From the NCBI GenBank assembly GCA_035510735.1, contig DATKGN010000013.1:596-64595 (forward strand): a DNA stretch of 64,000 bases, in the 5' to 3' direction. Position numbers and translations under genes: made by a program. Shown piece after piece: positions 58,750-64,000 of this stretch; position 1 is the first letter of the stretch, and each line of letters begins with the position of its first letter. This DNA comes from Patescibacteria group bacterium (GTDB lineage Bacteria; Patescibacteriota; Microgenomatia; UBA10105; UBA927). The notes under the pieces are model-generated. The model made no database searches, was not told the origin of the DNA, and worked only from the letters and a program-made list of their open reading frames with translations.

Positions 58750-60377
58750 ATTGTTTCGCCCAGTCCGGCAATAACGGTTAAACTCAACAGTACGCTAATA
58801 CTCATGTAATTCGCTATTTTTCGCAATTTCGTATCGGTAAAAATAATACTCACGGTGTGGTCGCCGCTTGCAATATGAAACGTTATAAGTCCGCGATACT
58901 CCGGATCCTGGAATTGCATATCTGTTTTCACCCCATCAACATAAACATTCCATCCCGGAAAATAGAGTGTATTTTCAACAAGGCGGGCGGATGTTGGTAC
59001 CGAAACCTGATAAATGTGCTTCGTGGTCGTCCGTGAAATGGGTTTAATGGTGGCTACTCCCGAGATGACCCCGATCGGATCGTTCGGCCGATGCTCCATA
59101 AACCGAACGGACCATATGGGGCTGCTCTCACCGGTATCGGTGGTCGAATTATAAATACCGGAATAATATGATTCCGGTTTTACCGAGTAGGCTTTCGGTT
59201 TCCACATCGTATAGCTTAAAACTACCGTAAGAATACAAAACCCCGCGATCACATACATCTCGTATCGCTTAAGGTGATTACAGAACGCATCGATCCCTAT
59301 GCCACCGAGTATCGAAACGGAAAACACGGAAACAGACAAGAAGCGCCACGGGAACTGAAATTTTTGAAGTAGTGTGATCTGATCCCAAATGAATGCTGAC
59401 TGGGCGGTCATGATAAACAGAGAAATGACAAAGACGGCAACCGCAGCTGAAACAAACCAAACGAATGCCTTTGTTTGCTTTCTTGTCACTGCCCATATGG
59501 CCGCCAGTACGCCAATCCACCCGGTAAATCCTATCGATTTGGACAATTCATCGCTGGTTCCGTAACTCCAACCTGAAAAAATAAATTTTATCCACGGCAC
59601 AAAGCGGTCAGAAACCCCACCGGCAGTCACGATATCACGGAGTGTATATTTCCCCTCAAATTCCGCCGGAATCCAGAAAAATGCCGATAATCCAAATCCG
59701 CAAAAAAACGCTACAAGACTAGAAAAAAGAAAAACGTTGTCCTTCTTTGTGACGAAAAAATAAAGATAGATAATATACAAAAGAATGATCGGCATAAACA
59801 TGATGGATATTGCGTTATGTGAAAGAATAAGCGCAGCGACTGTGAGAGAAACCCCGATCGCATACCATACCTTTTTATTCAGAGCAGCTCTGTTATGGGC
59901 AAGGCAAAATAATAAATAGAGAACGAGAGGCGGAAAAACGAATGCAATGTGTTCACCGATTGCTCCGCGGACTGCCATATCAACGAATCGATACGGTGCA
60001 AACGCATATAAAACCGCAGCTATTACCCCGACCCTCTTATTGAAAGCAGCCGCAGCCCAAAGATACATCATAAGTGCACTTGCGATATACGCCACGACGA
60101 ATACCAATTTCGTCGCATCAACAAAAGAAAATCCAAAGGCATGAAAGAGCGATGCAACATATGACGGCAACGGATACAAAAACATGAGAATCGGATGACC
60201 GTAGCCCCAATTGAGATTCGCCGCCCAGCGAGGTACGAGGTTCCCTTCAGACAGAGACTGGTAAAAATTTGCGATCCGAGCCACATGATCCGGCCCGTCA
60301 TGGGTCACCGGAAGACCGGGAACTAAAAAATACAGGAGAGGCAATATGCAAAGACTTACAATAATTATCCAATTCAT
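58731..60377 (-). CDS. GT-C-like membrane protein (PTPS-related/YfhO-like, paralog set B)
   Basis: THDG..H.AR, PRWAANLNWGYG.P, RGAIGE, SHN, QFPWRF, YFPGW.V.VDG. Confidence 0.72.
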   Translation of the reverse strand: MNWIIIVSLCILPLLYFLVPGLPVTHDGPDHVARIANFYQSLSEGNLVPRWAANLNWGYGHPILMFLYPLPSYVASLFHAFGFSFVDATKLVFVVAYIASALMMYLWAAAAFNKRVGVIAAVLYAFAPYRFVDMAVRGAIGEHIAFVFPPLVLYLLFCLAHNRAALNKKVWYAIGVSLTVAALILSHNAISIMFMPIILLYIIYLYFFVTKKDNVFLFSSLVAFFCGFGLSAFFWIPAEFEGKYTLRDIVTAGGVSDRFVPWIKFIFSGWSYGTSDELSKSIGFTGWIGVLAAIWAVTRKQTKAFVWFVSAAVAVFVISLFIMTAQSAFIWDQITLLQKFQFPWRFLSVSVFSVSILGGIGIDAFCNHLKRYEMYVIAGFCILTVVLSYTMWKPKAYSVKPESYYSGIYNSTTDTGESSPIWSVRFMEHRPNDPIGVISGVATIKPISRTTTKHIYQVSVPTSARLVENTLYFPGWNVYVDGVKTDMQFQDPEYRGLITFHIASGDHTVSIIFTDTKLRKIANYMSISVLLSLTVIAGLGETIWRKKI

Positions 60378-60383
60378 ACGTAA

Positions 60384-62030
60384 TTAATGATCTGTAATGT
60401 GAATGGCATCCGTTCCGTCAAGATATTTGATTGTATCAAGCGTGCCCGCTGGAATTTCTTTCGGCGTGCCGATATACAAGGTTTTTCCGTCTTTCACTTC
60501 ACGGCCCCAGTCAATAGGTCGAAAATCGTAAATATCGAAATGATTTTTCACTTCAGCGAAACCACCCGAAGCGGTCCCACCACCCTTTAAGTAGGCAACC
60601 GGATCATATTTCGTATAAAAAAGGAAAAACATGTGCGGCTGTTCAAGCTTTGTAGAAACAACAATTTTTGTATATTGATTTCTATGCACCCGTGCGTACT
60701 CAACCGCCTGTTTATATCCGTACTGCCAGTACTCCGAAAACTCATGATCCATATGGACGTAATACATATCAAGATAATAGGCGAGATTAAATATCGCTAC
60801 TCCAACCAGCACGATAATCCAAATACGGCGAAAACGAGATCCACTCTTAACCCACAACAGAAAAGAAATCAAACCGAATGCGGTGAACAGTTGAAAAACG
60901 GGAAGAAAAACTAACGTCCGTATGGCGTGGGGCAGCTCGGTTGTCACTGATGCTGCAACCGGTGCGATAAGAAACCAAGAGAAGAGAAGGATACTCAGTT
61001 TTCCCCCGCGCTTCCACACTGCCACCATGCCCCACAAAAGAAACGGCAGCTCCCAGAGGTACAATAATCCCATATCTGGCGCATGATGCCGCGGATTATC
61101 ACCGTTTAAGAAAAGCCATTGAAAAGAATAGTGAGATATGTACCCATCAAATATGGTCTTCGCCCAAACAAGCCGCCGGTTGTCAAATAGGACTCCCAAT
61201 TTATTACCCGCTTCAAGATCATCTTCCAGAAGCTGAGTACTCCGTGCGAGTAAACCTGTCTGATCGGATAAAGAACTGGTGCCTTTGAGGCGCATAAGCG
61301 CCGTGGGATTTAACGATACGATAATGAGAGGCAGTACGGTCAATAAACCGATCACAAAAGCCACAATAACGCTACGCGAACGGCTGATAAACTCCTTCCA
61401 CGTTAATGCAACGATGATGAGAAATATGAGCGGCGCAAAAACCCGTTCACTATGATATGCATAAAGAGACAATCCGAACAAAAATGCGCTCAAAGCCAAC
61501 CACCACGCTGATTTTCGCCCCCGGAATAGTGCATAGGCGCCCCAAATATTTAAAGTGACGCCGGTATTCGCTTCAAAGGCTATCCGGGAGAACTGGATGT
61601 GCCACGGCGATATTGCAAGTAAAAATGCAGCAAAAAGTGGTATGAACGATTCCCTGTGATCACTTTTTTCGCGCCGATCAAGCAAAATGAGTTCCTGCGT
61701 GAGGAAATACACGCCTAAAACAGCAAACAACCCCATAATCGCCGACGGGAGCCGAACGGCCCACACAGTAAGCCCGAAAACAGCAACAGACGGGATTGTC
61801 AGATAGACGTAAAGCGGTGGCTTATAATCATCATAGGATCGAAGCGATAAGGGCAGCTTCGTTCCGTACTCATCCCTGCCGGTTTTCAGAATTGAATACG
61901 CATTGTACCCAAGGGCAACTTCGTCCCAATCAGGGCTTACCGGAACCTTCCCGAGCTGCCAAAACCGCAGAACCCCTGCGATGAGCATTATAAAGATAAG
62001 TAACAATACTTTTTTGGAAAGTATATTCAT
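60384..62030 (-). CDS. GT-C (ArnT/PMT family) membrane glycosyltransferase (paralog set C)
   Basis: WDEVALGYNAYSILKTGRDEYG, DYKPPL, VRLPSA, SPWHI.FSR..FEAN, PHA.R. Confidence 0.8.
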   Translation of the reverse strand: MNILSKKVLLLIFIMLIAGVLRFWQLGKVPVSPDWDEVALGYNAYSILKTGRDEYGTKLPLSLRSYDDYKPPLYVYLTIPSVAVFGLTVWAVRLPSAIMGLFAVLGVYFLTQELILLDRREKSDHRESFIPLFAAFLLAISPWHIQFSRIAFEANTGVTLNIWGAYALFRGRKSAWWLALSAFLFGLSLYAYHSERVFAPLIFLIIVALTWKEFISRSRSVIVAFVIGLLTVLPLIIVSLNPTALMRLKGTSSLSDQTGLLARSTQLLEDDLEAGNKLGVLFDNRRLVWAKTIFDGYISHYSFQWLFLNGDNPRHHAPDMGLLYLWELPFLLWGMVAVWKRGGKLSILLFSWFLIAPVAASVTTELPHAIRTLVFLPVFQLFTAFGLISFLLWVKSGSRFRRIWIIVLVGVAIFNLAYYLDMYYVHMDHEFSEYWQYGYKQAVEYARVHRNQYTKIVVSTKLEQPHMFFLFYTKYDPVAYLKGGGTASGGFAEVKNHFDIYDFRPIDWGREVKDGKTLYIGTPKEIPAGTLDTIKYLDGTDAIHITDH

Positions 62031-63706
62031 ATATCAAAAATTACTAACTGGTGATACCCGTCAAGAGCATTAACCGTTTTAAGGATATGCGCACCCTTGG
62101 GTACCCAACCGGGATCGGCAATATATAACGCTTTCGGATTTAATGCTCCCGGCGGCATCGCAGTAATAAATCGGTATGTATCAAAACCGTACACGTGGTA
62201 AAACCCGGCGGCATCAAACGAGGATTTTTTAATTGTTAAAAAAGTATTCGGATCATACGTTGTATAAAATAATGTGTACATATACGCCCGGCCGATGGTT
62301 TCAGATATATAAATCGTGTCGTATTTATTCTTCACGGACTGAGCATACCGAATTGCCTCACGATACCCATACTGCCATTCACCCGAATACAGTTTCGCGT
62401 AATGCGCATAATAATAAAAAAGGTAATACGATATGCTAAACACATAAAATAGTATAAGAACACAATATATACCTTTCTGAATAACCCGTGTAGATAATTT
62501 TCCTTTCCCCAGTTTCTGAGCCCAAGAACATATGGTGTATATGCCAAATGCGATAAAAATCTGCCACGTGGGCAAGGTATCAAGTATCCGTAGTGCATGA
62601 GGAGTTTCACGTGCGGTTGCTGCAGGAACAATTGCAAGGGTAAGCCATAGGATCAAAAACCAACCAATCTGAGGATACGTTGCAAACAGCGACACAAAAC
62701 CGACAAGAAGAAGCGGTGCATCTATCGCGTATAATTGTCCCACATCCTGAATCGAAAACTTCGGATTTCCGTCCCCCCTGATAAAGAGGAACCAGGGCTG
62801 CAGATTGTCCGTATAATGCCGGAGAAAATCCAATGCGTATCCCATCCGGCGGTTGTGAAGAATTTTTGCAAGTAGTGAATTATGCTCGTATGTGATCCGT
62901 GTATTTGCGGTTTCCACTACCGATAAGTCAGTAAATATATTTACCTCGTTAAACCGAATTCTTGATTCCTTTGATAAAAGATGCGGTACGATGGGCGCCA
63001 TGAGAAGAAGTGCCAATATAGCCCCGATAATAAATTCTTTTTTGTGCTTCCATATGTTTTTCCAAAAAAACAGAACAAGAACTATGCCGAACATCGGTGC
63101 AAAATATCGTGAGCTGTTAAACGTATAAACAGCACCTATGAAAGGAACCCAGGCAATGTACCAATACCGCGGGGTGGTAATAGATTTAAAAACCAAATAG
63201 ATACCCAATACCACAAGTAACAGTGCAATATTTGCTTCAAATCCCGCCCGGGATAAATTAATATGCCACGGAGAAAATGCCAATAGTGCGGTTGAAAGTA
63301 TGGGCAGCCAGTTAAGAAGATGAGACAATTCCGTCTTCTGATTCTTGGCCGTAAGCAGGGAAAACAATTCAATAACCAAGTAATACGTTAATAACACGGT
63401 AAGTGTCCCTGACAGGGCCGACGGAAGCCGGACCGCTAGCTCACTTAGACCGAATACCGCCACAAATGGGACAGTCGCATATATCGCGAGGGGCGGTTTG
63501 TAATCACCGTAGGAAATGAATGTATCAAGCGGTAAAAACCGTCCGTGTTCATCTTTTCCGGTTTTAAGAATTGAATACGCATTATATCCGATTGACACTT
63601 CATCCCACGAAAGTGACGGCGGTATCGAAGTTATTTTATACGTCCGCAAAAAGAAAGCGATAACGACGATTATAAGTAACAAAACTGTTTGGATTGTCCT
63701 TTTCAT
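62027..63706 (-). CDS. GT-C (ArnT/PMT family) membrane glycosyltransferase (paralog set C)
   Basis: WDEVSIGYNAYSILKTGKDEHG, DYKPPL, VRLPSA, SPWHINLSR.GFEAN. ATG at 63706. Confidence 0.8.
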   Translation of the reverse strand: MKRTIQTVLLLIIVVIAFFLRTYKITSIPPSLSWDEVSIGYNAYSILKTGKDEHGRFLPLDTFISYGDYKPPLAIYATVPFVAVFGLSELAVRLPSALSGTLTVLLTYYLVIELFSLLTAKNQKTELSHLLNWLPILSTALLAFSPWHINLSRAGFEANIALLLVVLGIYLVFKSITTPRYWYIAWVPFIGAVYTFNSSRYFAPMFGIVLVLFFWKNIWKHKKEFIIGAILALLLMAPIVPHLLSKESRIRFNEVNIFTDLSVVETANTRITYEHNSLLAKILHNRRMGYALDFLRHYTDNLQPWFLFIRGDGNPKFSIQDVGQLYAIDAPLLLVGFVSLFATYPQIGWFLILWLTLAIVPAATARETPHALRILDTLPTWQIFIAFGIYTICSWAQKLGKGKLSTRVIQKGIYCVLILFYVFSISYYLFYYYAHYAKLYSGEWQYGYREAIRYAQSVKNKYDTIYISETIGRAYMYTLFYTTYDPNTFLTIKKSSFDAAGFYHVYGFDTYRFITAMPPGALNPKALYIADPGWVPKGAHILKTVNALDGYHQLVIFDI

Positions 63707-63710
63707 ATAA

Positions 63711-64000
63711 CTAGATAAGCGCCTCATCCCAATACTTCAGTGCGCCAAGCACAAATACCATTGAAATAAATGCAACATGGCTGTTATTAAAATAACGGCT
63801 CACATACCACACGACAAAAAGTGTCGCCGCATGGACGATAATGAGCGATGACACTGTTTTTGTTTTTCCGATATACCAAATACCTGCACCGAGAGCCGGA
63901 ATGCCCAACAGAACCTGCCAGATTACAAATGGATAATTATCATGAATCGTCCTAATCACACCGCCGCCAACTAATAACATGCCTAAACCGTATCCAGATA
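63711..64000 (-). CDS. C-terminal part of a membrane protein starting right of the window (possibly GT-C)
   Basis: Hydrophobic helices with SRYFNNSH. Stop lies 4 nt upstream of the next ATG. Confidence 0.6.
   Translation of the reverse strand, partial: SGYGLGMLLVGGGVIRTIHDNYPFVIWQVLLGIPALGAGIWYIGKTKTVSSLIIVHAATLFVVWYVSRYFNNSHVAFISMVFVLGALKYWDEALI

Noticed and set aside
53564-60377. Pterin or queuosine biosynthesis role for the PTPS-related proteins
   Set aside because: They are polytopic membrane proteins with GT-C-like motifs and no T-fold catalytic motif; the family name is misleading.
61879-63589. Near-identical ~30-nt segments at ~61879-61910 and ~63558-63589
   Set aside because: They encode the shared GYNAYSILKTG motif of two tandem GT-C paralogs, so they are not a DNA repeat element.
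955-63710. Numerous 60-145 aa ORFs antisense to or nested within the long genes
   Set aside because: No motifs; they are the expected shadow ORFs of real minus-strand genes.
8966-63727. Long apparent gene overlaps in the ORF track (starts at 9922, 16963, 46330, 52657, 53603, 55192, 63727)
   Set aside because: Downstream ATGs give short or ATGA-type overlaps and match family N-termini, so the extensions are artefacts of longest-ORF calling.
1-64000. CRISPR arrays, tRNA/rRNA genes, IS/integrase, alternative genetic code
   Set aside because: Intergenic gaps are too short and show no such patterns. No transposase or integrase motifs were seen. TGA ends many full-length genes, which argues against code 25.

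Overview
This is a gene-dense window, almost all on the minus strand, using the standard genetic code (TGA is a stop, with frequent ATGA overlaps). The gene content (alpha2-type GlyRS, short RecO, DUF4012, DUF5667-like protein, many GT-C membrane proteins) suggests a Patescibacteria/CPR genome of Microgenomates type; this is inference. The left end holds recO, glyQS and a membrane-anchored hypothetical protein. From ~3 kb to the right edge is one >60 kb cell-surface glycosylation locus. It has about 10 GT2, 9 GT4 (one a half-enzyme) and ~16 GT-C-like polytopic membrane proteins. It also has a priming phosphoglycosyltransferase, a Wzx flippase, an O-antigen-ligase/GT-C fusion, 4 SAM methyltransferases, an acetyltransferase and nucleotide-sugar enzymes (ManC, GalE, UXS-like, RfbE-like, PseB-like). 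An AT-richer block (~25-45 kb) is nested inside it. The most striking non-coding signal is in the 162-nt recO-glyQS gap: a glycine T-box riboswitch with a clear antiterminator/terminator pair but an apparently ultra-minimal sensor. That sensor is a 34-nt Stem I with GGC in the apical loop, no distal T-loop platform and no Stem II, driven by a promoter embedded in the end of recO. Four internal genes have a -10 box exactly 6 nt before the ATG, suggesting leaderless transcripts. No rRNA, tRNA, CRISPR array or transposase was seen. All family assignments are from motif recognition by eye, not database searches.
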